A DNA stretch of 64,000 bases from Squalus acanthias. Its lineage: Eukaryota. The stretch spans positions 12,586,001-12,650,000 of the forward strand of contig CM059453.1 of assembly GCA_030390025.1 (NCBI GenBank), written 5' to 3'. Positions within the stretch are counted from its first letter, which is position 1. Every line of letters starts with the position of its first letter. Under the pieces are notes generated by a model. That model saw nothing but the letters and a program-made list of their open reading frames with translations, ran no database searches and was not told the DNA's origin. Made by a program: the position numbers and the translations under genes. Below, piece after piece: positions 38,501 to 53,500 of the stretch.

Positions 38501-41500
38501 TGGTTCAGTTCCTCGCACGTACTCATGTTAACCACAGACAGTTTCCCATCGCACTGTGTCAGGTTAACCATTTTGTCTTTACATTGTTGCTTTTACATTC
38601 TTGCTTTTACATTCTATAATTTTACTCCAACAATCATAATGACGATGATCGTGATGCCAATGTTGAGGATTGTGATGATGAGAGGCGTACACCTTTTGGG
38701 GGAACGAATACAAGAGATCTAGACCGAGGCCTCTGAAGGCACGGCCGCCATAGTTGGATCGATGAAAATTCGTGGATGTGTCAGGGGGATCAAAATTGGA
38801 AGAATGCAGACATCTCGACGTGCTGAAGTGACAGAGGAGGTGACAGAGATAGGAGTGAGTGATCCCAATAAGGATTTGTAAAAAAGGATGATATTTTGAA
38901 CAATTCTCAGTTCCAGATCTTGGCATCTGTTGTTGGAGCTTTGAAATCACAATGCCTCTTTTTATGGGTTGCCTGAAGAGCTTTGTCATTATTCTTCGTA
39001 GAACTGGAAGAGTACAAGAAAACTCCAGATGGACAAGGTTAGGACACAATGTAGAGTGGTTGGATGGAAATTCGTCTCGGCTGGAGGCGGTAAACGAGCT
39101 GTTATCACATTGGGATCCCAATGCACGTTCTTGCTGAAGTCAACCAATGTGAATATCGCGCGGGTGGAATTACAGCAGGTCTTAAAATCAAGGCCAGTTT
39201 TACAGGAAATCCCAACATCTAATTCCTATACTGGTACTTCTCAATATTAGGGAGGAGTTAAAGTTTTCTTCATGTTACACCGGTATAAATACCTGGGGGT
39301 GAAATTGGACAAGGAGGGACTGGGAGATTCAAATAATCGCCCTCTGCGCCACTTGTAAGACAAGCTCTATATTCAGTTCTTTTGAAGTCAATGGAAGTGA
39401 GTGCGTTGAGTTGCATATAACGGGGGACTGATACAATAGGACCCTTTATGCGTGCCCGGCCATTTTAAATTGCACACCTGAATCGCTGACGAGCAATCTG
39501 ATGAAGGATCTTCAGCACCAACCAGCTGGTGTATCGTGACTGTATGTTGCTTTCCTGTGAAGCAATATTCGATGGAAAAAGCACTGTTCCAGAGAGAAAG
39601 TGGCACAATACAATATTTGGAATAAGAGTAGCTGAATTCTGCCGGGTGGCCACGGACAATATTTATCCCTCAAAGAAGAAAACTAAAAAACAGATTATCT
39701 GGTAATTTATTTCATTGTAGATTGTGGCAGCTGGCTATGTGGAAATTGGCTTCCGCGTGACCAACATTACAACTGTATCGACGCTTCTAATGTTAGTCAT
39801 TGGCTGTGAAACACATTCGGTAGCCTGGATGTGGTGAAAGGCACGATAGAAGTGTAAGTTATTTCATTCATAAAACGCCCTCTTCCCAATCGAAACTGAC
39901 AAAATATTCACAAAATTTCAGAAATGTGTACAAACTTGGGGGTGTTGGGCTGAAATGTAACGAATTTCTATTGAAATGGATGGGATGTAATGTTTATTGT
40001 TGTGTATTCCAGTACTCGCTGAATGTAAAGAATTAGTGAAGAATGCAGGTTAGAAACGCGATTTCTATCTGTACAGAATATTGGAAAGTTATAGTACATA
40101 ACAGAATAAATGATTTACAGGACTCAGAAATAAGCAAACTTTCAGTGAGATATTAAAATATCAGCTTTCCCTTCTCATTTACCATTATCTCCGGTCTCTA
40201 AAATTCTAATGCTGCCCTTAACCATATTCACAAAATTTCCCTTTCAAAATCCCGCCATGTGTTGGTTGACATATATTGGCTCCGGATCGGTCGAAGCATT
40301 TGTCTTAAATTTGTCAGCCTTGGGGACAAATTATTCAGCGTCCTCTCAATCTCCATATCGCTAAATGGACAAATATCCGAGAGTTTGCATTCATCCAATT
40401 ACATCCTCCAATACTGCGTGTGCATGCCCTATTTTCATCGCTCCATCATTGACATCTGTGCCTTCCGCCGCTTTGTCCCTAAGCTCTGGGATACACTGCC
40501 TAAACCGACCGCCACACCTCCTCTCTCTCCTTCTTTAAGGCGCTCTTTAAAATGTATTTATTTGATCAAGCTTGTGTTCACATGCCCCAATAAAGGAAAA
40601 CTGTGGAAATAGGAGAGAGGGGTACTAGGATCTAGGGGAGCACATAAACACATCTGTAAAAGTGGCGACGCAATTTAATCCGACCACGAAAAAAGCAAAC
40701 GAAGGACTCGGACAAATTTCCAAAGGAACAGAATAGAAAAACAAATCAATAAGAACATAAGGACATATGAACATAAGAAGTAGGAGCAGGAGTAGGCGAT
40801 ATGGCCCCTCGGGCCTGCTCCGCCATTCAATAGGATCATGGCTGATCCGAACCTAGACTCACGTCCACTTCCCTGCCCACTCTCCATAACCCTTAATTTC
40901 CTTATCAGCTAGGAAACTGTCTATCTCCGTATTAAATTATTTAATGTCGCAGCTTCCACAGCTCTCTGAGGTAGCAAATTCCATAGATTTACTAGCCTCT
41001 GAGTGAAGAAGTTTCTCCTCAACTCAGTTTTGAAACGGCAGCCCCTTATTCTAAGATTATGCACCCTAGTTCTAGTCTCACCCATCAGTGGAAACATCCT
41101 CCCCGCCTCCACCCGATCAAGCCCCCTCACAATCTTGTATGTTTCGATAAGATCGCCTCTCATTCTTCTGAATTCCAATGAGTAGAGGCCCAACCTTATC
41201 AACCTTTCCTCATAAGTCAACCCTAGTGTCATATGTGTACAGAACCTTGCGCAGAGCGCTCTTGGAATACTGTGCAAAGTAATGGTCTCAACATTAGAAA
41301 AAAGGAATGAAGTCCCAATGGAAACTGTAATATCTATCTAATAGATGACACTTGAACTGAGAGTTGATAACGATCGGTAAAGACTGAAAAGGCTGCTGAC
41401 CTTCATATACAAATTTGAAGGCGCATGGGTGACCTGATCGAGGTCTTTAAAAGAACGAACGGAAGATGTAATGAAATGATTCCACTTCTGGTGGAGACCA

Positions 41501-44500
41501 ACACTAGAGGCGGTAAATGATTATAAATCCAACAAGTAATTCTGGAGAAACTTGTCTACCAGAGTGAGTTGAAATCCTTCACACAAGGAGTGATTGGGGC
41601 GAATAGCTTTAATGTGTTTATGGGGACGCTAGTTAAACACGTGGGGCTGAAAGGAATCGACGATTATACGGTTAGTCTTAGACGAAATATGATGGGAGGC
41701 GCCTCTTGTGCAGCATAAATACCGGCATGTTGGGACGAAAGGCTGTATTCTAAGCTTTACAGTCTATGATTAACAATGAAGTACCGTACAAAAAAAAATA
41801 GCGAAACACGAGTTGCTTTTTGCGTTTGACATTCTTGGAATTAAGAATTCCTGTTTATTCACAAATTAAATGAATTTCTCCTTTACAGAAGATAAGTTGA
41901 AAGCAACAGAGGATGGTAAGTGATTTTCAAATTCAGTGTTTACAAATGTAGTATAACTGGAATCACTAAGAACATAGCAACAGGAGTAGATCTTTGAGCA
42001 ACTCGGGCCTATTCCGCCACACCTATAAATTCTCAGCTCCATATATTGGCATCTGTATTTGGTGCATTGAACTGAGAATCGCTCTTTGTATGGTGGCCTA
42101 AAAAGCTTTGTCATTATTCATTGTAGAACTGGAAGAGTACAAGCAAACTCCAGATGGACAAGGTTAGGACACTATGTGGAGTGGTGGGGAGAAATTCCTC
42201 TTGGCTGGAGGCGGTAAACGAGCAGTTATCAATTTGGCAGATGTTGATGCTGAAGTCAATCAAAGTGAATATCGTGCGGGTCACATTACAGGAGACCTAT
42301 ACGCTAAGGCCAGTTTTACACTAAAGCCCATCATCTAATTCCTTTTCTGGTCCTGCTCAATATTAAGGAGGAGTTAAAGTTACCTTTATATTACAGTGGC
42401 ATGAATACCTAGGCGTGAAATTGGACAAGGGTGGTTTTTGCCATATTCGCAGAATCTCCTTTGCGCCCGTTGCAAGTCGCGCCCTCTATTCAGTTCTTTA
42501 AAGTCAATGAAACTGATAAGGGCATGTTGCATATAACGGGTGACTGATGCAATAGGGCCCGTTATGGGTGGCCGGCCTTTTCCAATTGCACACCTCAATC
42601 TCTGACGGGCAATCTGATGAAGGAGCTTCAGTGGAATCAAGTGGTTTATGGTGACTGTATGTTGCTTCCAAGTGAAGCAAAGTTCGCTATAAAAATCACT
42701 GCTCCCAAGAGAAAGTGACACAATACAATATTTATAACAAGAGCAGTTGAATTCTACCTGGTTTCCCGGGACAATATTTATCCCTCAATCAATAACAACA
42801 AAAAACAAAAGATTATCTGGTCATTTATTTCATTTCGTTTTGTGGGAGATGCTTTGCGCAAATTGGCTGCCACGTTTTCCAACATTACAACTGTGGCTAC
42901 GCATCAAATATAATTCACTGGCTGTGACTCGTCTTCGGAAGCCTGGAGGTCATGAAAGGCACGATAGAAAACAAGTTGTTTAATTTTTAACACGTCCTCT
43001 GCGCAATTGAAACTATCAAGTTATTCACAAAGTTTTGGAGATCTGTGCAAACTTGGGGGTGAAATGTAACGAATGTCTATTGAAATGGATGGGATGTAAT
43101 GTTTATCGTTGTTTAATCCAGTACTCGCTGCATGTAAAGAAATATTGAAGAATACAGGTAAGGAACGGGATTTCTATCCATACAGAAATTTGGAAAGTTA
43201 TAGAGCATAACAGAATAAATTATTTACACGACTCAAAATGATGCAATCTTTCAGTGAGCGATAACAATGTTAGCTTTCCCTTCTTATTTTCCATTAAAAC
43301 CTGTCTCTAAAATTCTAATGCTGCCCTTAACCATATTCACACAATTTCCCTTTCAAAATTCATCATGTGCTCGTTGACCTGTATTGGCTCCGGTTCGAGC
43401 AACATATTTGTCTTAAATCTGTCATCCTTGGAGACAAAATTTTCAGTGTCCTCTGAATCTTCATATTGCTGTAACATACGCTAAATGGACAAATATCCGA
43501 GATTTTGCATTGATCCAATTCTGTCCTCCAATACCTCTTGTGCATGCCCCTATTTTGATCGCTCCATCCTTGACATCTGTGCCTTCCGCCGCTTTCATCC
43601 TAAGCTTTGGAAACAGCTGCCTGAACGAATTGCCTCTCCTCCTCTCTATATTCTTTCAATTCGCTCTTTAAAAATGAGTGCTTTAATCAAGCTATTGTCC
43701 ACATGCCCTAATAAATGAAAGCTGGTTAAATACGAGAGAGGGGAAGGAGGATCGAAAGGGAACAGAAAAACACTTTCTGTAAATGTATGGACCAAAGTTA
43801 ATCAGGCCATGAGAAAGCAAACAAATAACTCGGCCTAATTTCGATAGCAACAGAACTGAAAAGCAGAGACTTAGTAACATATTTGTTTAGAACTTTGGAC
43901 TGAGCGCTCCTGGAATACTGTGCAAAGTTATGGTCTCCATATTATAAAAATAATATCGAGTCCCAAAGGAAACTGTAAAAAATGGTTACAGGAGTGATTC
44001 TTGAACTGAGATACTTGAACGTGGGGCTGAAAGGAATAAATGATTATACGGTTTGTCTGAGATGAAATATGATGGGTTGGGGCGTGTGTGTAGCATAAAT
44101 ATCGCATGTTGGGCCGAAATTCTGTTTTCCAAGCTTTACTTTGTGTGAATGGCAATGAAGTGCTGTAAAAAAACAAATAGCGAAACAGAAGTTGCTTTTT
44201 ACGACTGACATTCTTGGAAATATTAATTTCTGTTGATTCACAAATTAAATGATTTGCTCCTTTACAGAAGATAAGTTGAAAGCAACAGAAGAAGGTAATT
44301 GATTTTGTATTCATTTTTGATGAATGCATTTCTAATCTACATGTTTCCTTTCCCCCATACTTGACATTCCGTAGTTTCCAAAATTCAACGGATCCACATT
44401 AGGGAAAGAATGTTGGATATGTTATTCCGACTGACTCTTTATTCATAGGTTTCTGAAACCTGTAGAAAGGTGGATAGCGGGTGTATGTGTTAAGGTCATG

Positions 44501-47500
44501 AATTTCTATGACAATGTAGAAGCTGAAACGTCTCATTTGCGTTATTGCAGAACTCGCTGCATGCAAAGAAACTTTAAAAGATGCCGGTAAGGGAATGGAA
44601 TTATTCTGTGTTTAAAAAATCTATTGCACAGTAATGTTTTAAACTGCCTTAGAATAAAGCAAATAATGCAAGAAAGAAACAATGCAAAAAAGCAAGCACG
44701 AAAGAAAGAAAGAAAGATAGAAATATAGAAAGANNNNNNNNNNNNNNNNNNNNNNNNNNNNNNNNNNNNNNNNNNNNNNNNNNNNNNNNNNNNNNNNNNN
44801 NNNNNNNNNNNNNNNNNNNNNNNNNNNNNNNNNNNNNNNNNNNNNNNNNNNNNNNNNNNNNNNNNNNNNNNGAAACAATGCAAGAAAGCAAGAAAGAAAG
44901 AAAGAAAGAAAGAAATATGGAAAGAAAGAAAGAAAGAGGGAAAGAAAGAAAGACTCGCATTTATCTAGCGCCTTGTGCGATCACAGGACGACCCAAGGTG
45001 TTGCGGGTAATGATGATATTGATCGTGATCTTGTTGATGATGGTGAGGGAGTGCATGACCGTGATGTTGACAGTGATAATAATGGTGATGTTTATGATGA
45101 TGATGTTGATGGCGATGGTGATGTTGACAATGCTGATGATGATTATGATTGAAATAGTGATAAATGGTGGTTTCGGTGAAGATTAAGATGAAGTTAATCA
45201 TGGGGCTGATGATGGTGCTGATGATGAAAATATTGATAAAGATGGTGACGAAGTTGCTAATGGTGAGGATGTTGATAATAATGATGATGGTGCTGTTGAT
45301 GATGATGATGTTCGTAATGATGATGATAATAATGAATATGACGAAGGTACTGGTTATTATTTTATTTTACTTATATCTATGATAATTCTCAAAGTAAAGC
45401 TTCATGCAATTGTAAATTGGCAATTGCTCTTTGGATCAGATCTACTTTCTCTCTGACAGATGCAGAACATGCTACTTCTGAAACATAGAGGATGATAATC
45501 CTCTTGTGTGATCACATAAAATGGAGGGAATCACACAGGAAGCTTGTGTAGCACGTCACGCGATTGCCTTTTCAACTGACGTCACTGAAATGGAAAATCA
45601 AGTGGTTGATCGATGGGCTGCCGATAAAATGCATTTCACCCCAAAATGACAGGATGTGCCAATTGAAGGATGATTGCAAACGTAACCTATAAAATTGTCT
45701 TTTTATAGCGCCATTAACATAGTGATATACCCCTAGACGCTGACACTGAGAGTTATAAGAGATAGTAAGACTAGAGAAAGAAGCTCTCAGCATCAGGGCA
45801 TCTGTAAACGAAATAAGGGAGGTGTACCTGAAATTGGAATCCGTGTTTGTACGGGATGCCTGAAGGTCTCTGTTCTTATTCGTTTCAGGATTGGATGATT
45901 CCACGAAAACTCCAGGGGGAGGAGGTTAGCACACAATGAGTTACAGCTGATTAAATAACGAGGGCAGACATTGGAAATGCGCGAAGAGACCAAATTGGCG
46001 GAATCTCTTTCGAAATCCTTACAAGGACTTCGGTTTCAGTTTGAACAAAATGGAATGGATTACCGGCAGGGTCGTATAACGGGCGATCGATGCAACACCG
46101 CTCGCTTTTTTTCCCCGCTATTATCCAAATTCACCCCTAAATATCTGAGCGTAAATCTGACAAGCAGCAAATTGCTAGTATGACATATCTGGAAATGTCA
46201 GGAAGCGCTTTAAAAATGAAAGGTTTTATACAGTTATTCTTTTTGTATTCTAGAACAAGGTGCTGCCAAAGGAGCGTTGAAAGATTTAGGTAAAAAGGAT
46301 TTTCTGCCAGTAGAGTACTTTTGTACAGTTATAATCTACAACAGCCCAATCCTTTGCTTGAAAATATTTATAATTAAATAAAGGTTCAAAGGGCTGTGGC
46401 ACAAGTATGTCTCAGCCAATCACAACTTGCTGTGTTGAACTGCATTCTGGGTAATACACTTTCCTGTGTGTTCTCAAGTAAATTCCTCGCTACTTACAGA
46501 AGAGAAGCTGAAAGCAACAGAAGACGGTAATTGATTTTTAATTTCAGTGTTTACAAATGCATTCTAACTGGAATTAATAAGTACATAGGAACAGGAGAAG
46601 TACATTGAGCCACTCGGGCTTTTTGCCCCATACCTATATTGAACAATGTTCCCCCAAACTTTGAAACTGAAAAAGAAATGTTGCAATATAAATTAAACGC
46701 CACCGTGGCGGAATGGTGGCGAATCAGAGAACGAAACTTTAAGTTGATTTGCAAATTAACCAAATGGGACATGAAGAAAACGTTTGGGTCACAGCGAGTT
46801 GTTCACATCTGGAATGCACTGCCTGAAAGGGTGGTGGAGGTAGACTAAATCATTGATTTCAAAATTCAACTGGCTAAGTACCTGATGGAAGAAATGACGA
46901 AGGGAAAGAGGGAAATGAAGGGGGAGTGGACTAGCTGAAGTGCTCTTGCACACAGCTGGCATGGGCTCGACGGGCCGAATGACCTCCGTCTCTGCTGTTA
47001 ATTTTCTAAAAACCTGTTATTGTCCGATCACATCAGAAGCCTCTTCTGTACTCATTACTATTTCATCTTTTGAACGTCAATGTAAAGAAGAATTAGGAAG
47101 GGTGTTTGATAGACTAGAGATTGAATATATTTCATCACAAAATATTCATTATTGATTTGATGTACCAGCGGAAGGAAAATCGCCAATATACTGAAATAAC
47201 CTGCCTCTATACTTGTCTTTAACATAATAAAATGCTCCAAGGCGCCTCACAGGAGCATTATCAAAGTACATGTGTCAAATAGACAGTTCAAGTGATATTA
47301 GAGGAGTGCAGAGATATCGATGAGTTGAAGGGCTGTAGGAGGAAACAGAGACAGGGGCGAGTGACGTCATAAAGGATTTGTAATAAAGGATGATGTTTTG
47401 AAAAATTCTCAGATCCACATCTTGGCATCTGTTGTTGGTGCTTTTAAATCAGAATCTCTCTTTGTATGGGTTGCCTAAAGAGCTTTGTCATTATTCTTCG

Positions 47501-50500
47501 CAGAACTGGAAGAGTACAAGAAAACTCCAGATGGACAAGGTTAGGACATTATGTAGAGTGCTGGGGTAGAAATTCGACTTGGCTAGGGCGGTAAACGAGC
47601 ATTTATCACATTGGCAGCTCTTGCTGCTGAGGTCAATCAAAGTGAATATCATGCGGGTCAAATTACAGCAGGCCTATACGGGTAGGCCAGTTTTACACTA
47701 AAGCCCAACATCTGATTCCTATACTGGTCCTTCTCACTATTAAGGAGGAGTTAAATTTCTCTTCACATTTCAGTGGGATGAATACCTAGGCGTGAAATTG
47801 GACATGGGAGGTAATGGCATATTCGCAGAATCTCCCTTTGCTCCCGTTTGAAGACACGCCCTATATTCAGTTATTTTAAGTGAATGGAAGTGATAATGGC
47901 GAGTTGCATATAACGGGTGACCGATGCGATAGGGCCCGTTATGCGTGACTGAACATTTCCAATTGCACACCTCATTCCCTGACGGGCAATCTGTTAAAGG
48001 AGCTTCAGCAGCAACCAACTGGTTTATCGTAAATGTTAGTTGCTTTCCTGTGAAGCAATATTGGCTGGAAAAATTACTTTTCCCAAGAAAAACTGACAAA
48101 ATACAACATTTAGAAAATGAGCAGATGAATTCTACCTGTTGTCCGGGGACAATATTTATCCCTCAAACAACATCACTAAAAACAACAGATTTTCTGGTCA
48201 TTTATTTTATTTTATGTTGTGGGAGATTACTGTGTGTAAATTGGCTGCCGCAATCCCAACATTACAACTGTGAATACGCTTCAAATATAAGTCACTGGCT
48301 GTGACTCGTCTTCGGGCGTCTGGAGTTGGTGAAAGGCATGATACAAATGTAAGTTATTTCATTCTTGAAACGGCCTCTGCCCAACTGAAACAGACAGGTT
48401 ATTCACAAAGTTTCGGAAATCTGTACAAACTTGCTGGTGTTGGGCTGAAATGTAACGAATTTCTATTGAAGTGGATGGGATATAATGTTTTGTGTTGTTT
48501 ATTCCAGTACTCGCTGATTGTAAAGAATTAGTGAAGAATGCAGGTTAGAAACGCGATTTCTATCTGTATAGAATATTGGAAAGTTATACGACATAACAGA
48601 ATAAATTATTTACAGGACTCAGAAATAAGTAATCTTTCAGAAGCCATTAAAAAAGTTAGCTTTCCTTTCTCATTTAACGTGATCTCCTATCTCTAAAAAT
48701 CTAATTCTGCCCTTAACCATATTCACACAATTTCCCTTACATAATCCCATCATGTGCTCGTTGAAGTATATTGGCTCTGGTTCGGACATAGCATTTGAGT
48801 TAAATATATCATGCTTTGTGGGACAACATTTTCTGTGTCCTCTCAATCTCCATATCGCTGTAACATTCGCTAACTGGACAAATATCCGAGATTTTGCTAT
48901 CATCCAATTACATCCTCCAATACTTCGTGTGCATGCCCTATTTTTATCGCTCCATCATTGACATCTGTTCCTTCCGCCGCTTTGTCCCTAAGCTGTGGGA
49001 TACACTGGCTAAACCAATCGCCACACCTCCTCCCTCTCCTTCTTTAAGGCGCTCTTTAAAAAGTATTTATTTGATCAAGCATTAGTTCGCATGCCCTAAT
49101 AATTGAAAACTGTGTAAATTGGATACAGGGGTACTAGGATCTAGGGGAACAGAAAAACACATTTGTAAAAGTGGGGACACAATTTATGCTGTACACGATT
49201 AAAGCAAACGAAGCACTCGGACTAATTTCCGAAGGAACAGAATAGCAAAACAAACAATTTGTGTCATATTTGTATAGTACCTTGGACAGAGCGCTCTTGG
49301 AACACTGGGCAAAGTTATGTTCTCAATATTATAAACAGGATTAAAGTGCCAATGGGAAGTGTAAAAACGATTGAAAGGATGATACTTGAACTGAGAGCTG
49401 ATAATGATGGGTAAAAACTGAAAACGCGGCTGATCTACATATACAAATCTGAAGGCGCATGGCTGACCTGATAGAGGTCTTTAAAAGTACGGACGGTAGA
49501 AGTAATGAGATAATTCCACGTGTGGTGAAGTCCAAAACTGAGACGATAAATGTAATATAATGATAATAAATCCAGCAAGTAATTCTGTAGAAACATCCTA
49601 ACCAGAGTGTGTTGAAATCCTTCCCACAAGGAGTGATTGGGGCGAATAGCTTTGATGAGTTTAAGGGGATGCTAGATAAACACTTAGTGCTAAAAAGAAT
49701 AGAGGTTTATACGGTTATTCTTAGACGAAATATGATCGGAGAAGACTGGTGTGGAGCATAAATACCGGCATGTTGGGACGCAAGGCTATTTCCTGGCTTT
49801 ACAGTCTATGATTGACAATTAAGTGACGTACAAAAAAAAATAGCGAAACACAAGCTGCTTTTTCTTTGACATTCTTGGAATTATTGATTCCTGTTTATTC
49901 ACAAATGAAATGATTTGCTCCTTTACAGAAGATAAGTTGAAAGCAACAGAGGACGGTAAGGGATTTGCAAATTCAGTGTACACAATTGTAGTATAACTGG
50001 AATTACTAAGAACATAGGATCAGGAGTAGAAATTTGAGCAACTAGGGCCTTTTCCGCCATTCTTATAATGAACAATGCTCCTCTAAAGGAGAAACAGAAA
50101 ACACAATCTTGCAAACTAAATTAAAGGCGACAGGCGACCATGGTGTCATTTTTCTGATGATGACGAGGGTGATGATTGTAATGAGGATGGAAAAGGTGAT
50201 GATGATGCTGACGGTTGTCTTGCGGCTGGTGATGCTGAAGATTATGATCATGGTGAATGGAATGATAATGATGAGCATCATGATAACGATGATCATGATG
50301 TCAATGATGAAGAATTTAATGATGGCTATCGTGGAGATGATGGGGATTATATTGATGATGGTGATGATGATTATGATTCTGACGATGGTGCTGATTATAA
50401 TCGTGTTGGTGATGGTGTTCCTGGTGCTGGTGATCATAATGATGGTGATGCTGATGATGGTGCTGATGATGTTAATGTTGATGAAAGTGATAATGGGGCT

Positions 50501-53500
50501 GTTGATGAATAGATAGCCAAGAGAAGCTGGTGTTGTTCTCTTTAGAGCAGAGAAGGTTGAGAGGAGATTAAATAGAGGCGTTCAAAATCATGATGGGTCG
50601 AGACCGAGTATATAGACAGAAACTGTTCCAATTGGCTAAAGAATCCAGACCAAGAGGACACAGTTAAAATGTGATTGGCAAAAGAACCAAAGTCGACATT
50701 TAGAATACTTTATTTCCAAAGTGAGCAGTTAGGATCTTGAAAGCATTGCCTGAAAGTATGGTAGAGTCAGACTCAATCGTGGCTTTCAATACGGAATTGA
50801 TTAATTACCTGAAAGAATAAAACATGAAGGGGAACAGGGGAAGGGCTGGTGAGTGGGACAAGCTGAAGTGCTCTTTCAAAGAGCAGGCATGGGTTCGACG
50901 GGCCGAATGACCTTCTGTGCTGTAAACATTCTATGATCCTATTATTATATGATCACACCGGAAGCCTCATCTGCTGTCAGCCCTATTTCATCTTTTGGAC
51001 AACAGTGTACAGAACAATTAGGAGCATTGTTTGCTGGGCTAGCGAATGAATATGTTACATCCCAAAATAGTCATTAATGACTGGATGTACCAACTGAACA
51101 TGAATCGAAAACATAAAGAAGGAACCTGCCTCCATATAGCGCCTTTAAAATAATAAAATGCCCAATGCTCTTCACAGGAGCAATATCAAACACTATGTGC
51201 CAAATAGACACTTCAAGTGAGAATAGGATATCTGCCCTATTGATAAGACGAAGTGATAGGGTTTAAGGAGCGACTTCAATTATGAGAAAGTGGTAGAGAG
51301 GGGGGATAGGTTTTGGGGAAGTAATACCAGAGATCAAGGCTTAGGTATCTGAAGGTACGGCCGCCAAAAGTTGGATCGATGGAAATTCGTGGATCTGTAA
51401 GAAGCCAAAATTGGAGGAGTGTAGAGATTTCGACGTGTTGAAGGTCTGGAGGAGGTGACAGAGATAGGGGCGAGTGTCACCACGAAGGTATTGTAAAAAA
51501 AAGGATGATATTTTGATAAATTCTCAGCTCCACATCTTGGCATCTGTATTTGGTGCATTGAACTGAGAATCGCTCTTTGTATGGTGGCCTAAAGAGCTTT
51601 GTCATTATTCATTGTAGAACTGGAAGAGTACAAGAAAACTCCAGATGGACAAGGTTAGGACATTATGTGGAGCGGTGGGGTAGAAATTCCTCTTGGCTGG
51701 AGGCGGTAAACGAGCAGTTATTAATTTGTCAGATGTTGATGCTGAAGTCAATCAAAGTGAATATCGTGCGGGTCACATTACAGGAGACCTATACGCTAAG
51801 GCCAGTTTTACACTAAAGCCCATCATCGAATTGCTATACTGGTTCTGCCCAATATTAAGGAGGAGTTAAAGTTACCTTTATATTACAGTGGCATGAATAC
51901 CTAGGCGTGAAATTGGACAAGGGTGGGTAATGCCATATTCTCAGAATCTCCTTTGCGCCCGTTGCAAGACGCGCCCTACATTCAGTTCTTTGAAGTCAAT
52001 GGAACTGATAACGGCGTGTTGTATATAACGGGTGACTGATGCAATAAGGCCCGTTATGCGTGCCCGGACTTTTCCAATTGCACACCTCAATCTCTGACGG
52101 GCAATCTGATGAAGGAGTTTCAGCCTGAACCAACTGGTTTATGGTGAGTGTATGCTGCTTCCCTGTGAAGCAATATTCGCTGCAAAAATCACTGCTCCCA
52201 AGAGAAAGTGACACAATACAATATTTAGAATAAGAGCAGCTGAATTCAACCTGCTTTCCCGGGACAATATTTATCCTCAAATCAACAACACCAAAATTCA
52301 AATGATTATCCGCTCATTTATTTCATTTCGTTTTGTGGGAGATTGCTGCGCACAGATTGGCTGCCACGTTTCCAACATTACAACTGTGGCTACGCATCAA
52401 ATATAATTAACTGGCTGTGACTCGTCTTCGGACGCCTGGAGGTCATGAAAGGCACGATAGAAAACACGTTGTTTCATTTTTAACACGTCCTCTGCGCAAT
52501 TGTAACTGACAAGTTATTCACAAAATTTTGGAGCTCTGTGCAAACTTGGGGGTGAAATGTAACGAATGTCTATTGAAATGGATGAGATGTAATGTTTATC
52601 GTTGTTTATTCCAGTACTCGCTGCATGTAAAGAGATATTGAAGAATACAGGTAAGGAGTGGGATGTCTATCCATACAGAAATTTGGAAAGTTATAGTGCA
52701 TAACAGAATAAATTATTTACAGGACTCAAAATAATGCAATCTTTCAGTGTGCGATAACAGTGTTAGCTTTCCCTTCTTATTTTACATGAAAACCTGTCTC
52801 TAAAATTCTAAAGCTGTCCTTAACCATATTCACACAATTTCCCTTTCAAAATTCCACGATGTGCTCGTTGACCTGTATTGGCTCCGGTTCGAGCAACATA
52901 TTTGTCTTAAATCTGTCATCCTTGGGGACAAAATATTCAGTGTCTCCTGAATCTATATATTGCTGTAACATTCGCTAAATTGACAAATATCCGAGATTTT
53001 GCATTCATCCAATTCCATCCGCCAATACCTCTTGTGCATGCACCTATTTTGATCTCTCCATCCTTGACATCTGTGCCTTCTGCCGCTTTCATCCTAAGCT
53101 CTGGAAACAGATGCCTGAACGAATTGCCTCTCCTCCTCTCTCTATGCCTTTAATTCGCTCTTTAAAAATGAGTGCTTTGATCAAGCTATTGTCCACATGC
53201 CCTAATAAATGAAAACGGTGTAAATACGAGAGAGGGGAACGAGGATCGAAAGGGAACTGATAAACACTTTCTGTAAATGTAGGGACCAAAGTTAATCAGG
53301 CCATGAAAAAGCAAAAGAAGGACTCGGACTAATTTCGATAGGAACAGAACTGAAAAGCAGACACTGAGTAACAGATTTGTTTAGAACTTTAGGCTGAGCG
53401 CTCTTGAAATACTGTGCAAAGTTATGGTCTCCATATTATAAAAATAATATCGAGTCCCAATGGAAACTGTAAAAAATGGTTACAGGTGCGATTCTTGAAC

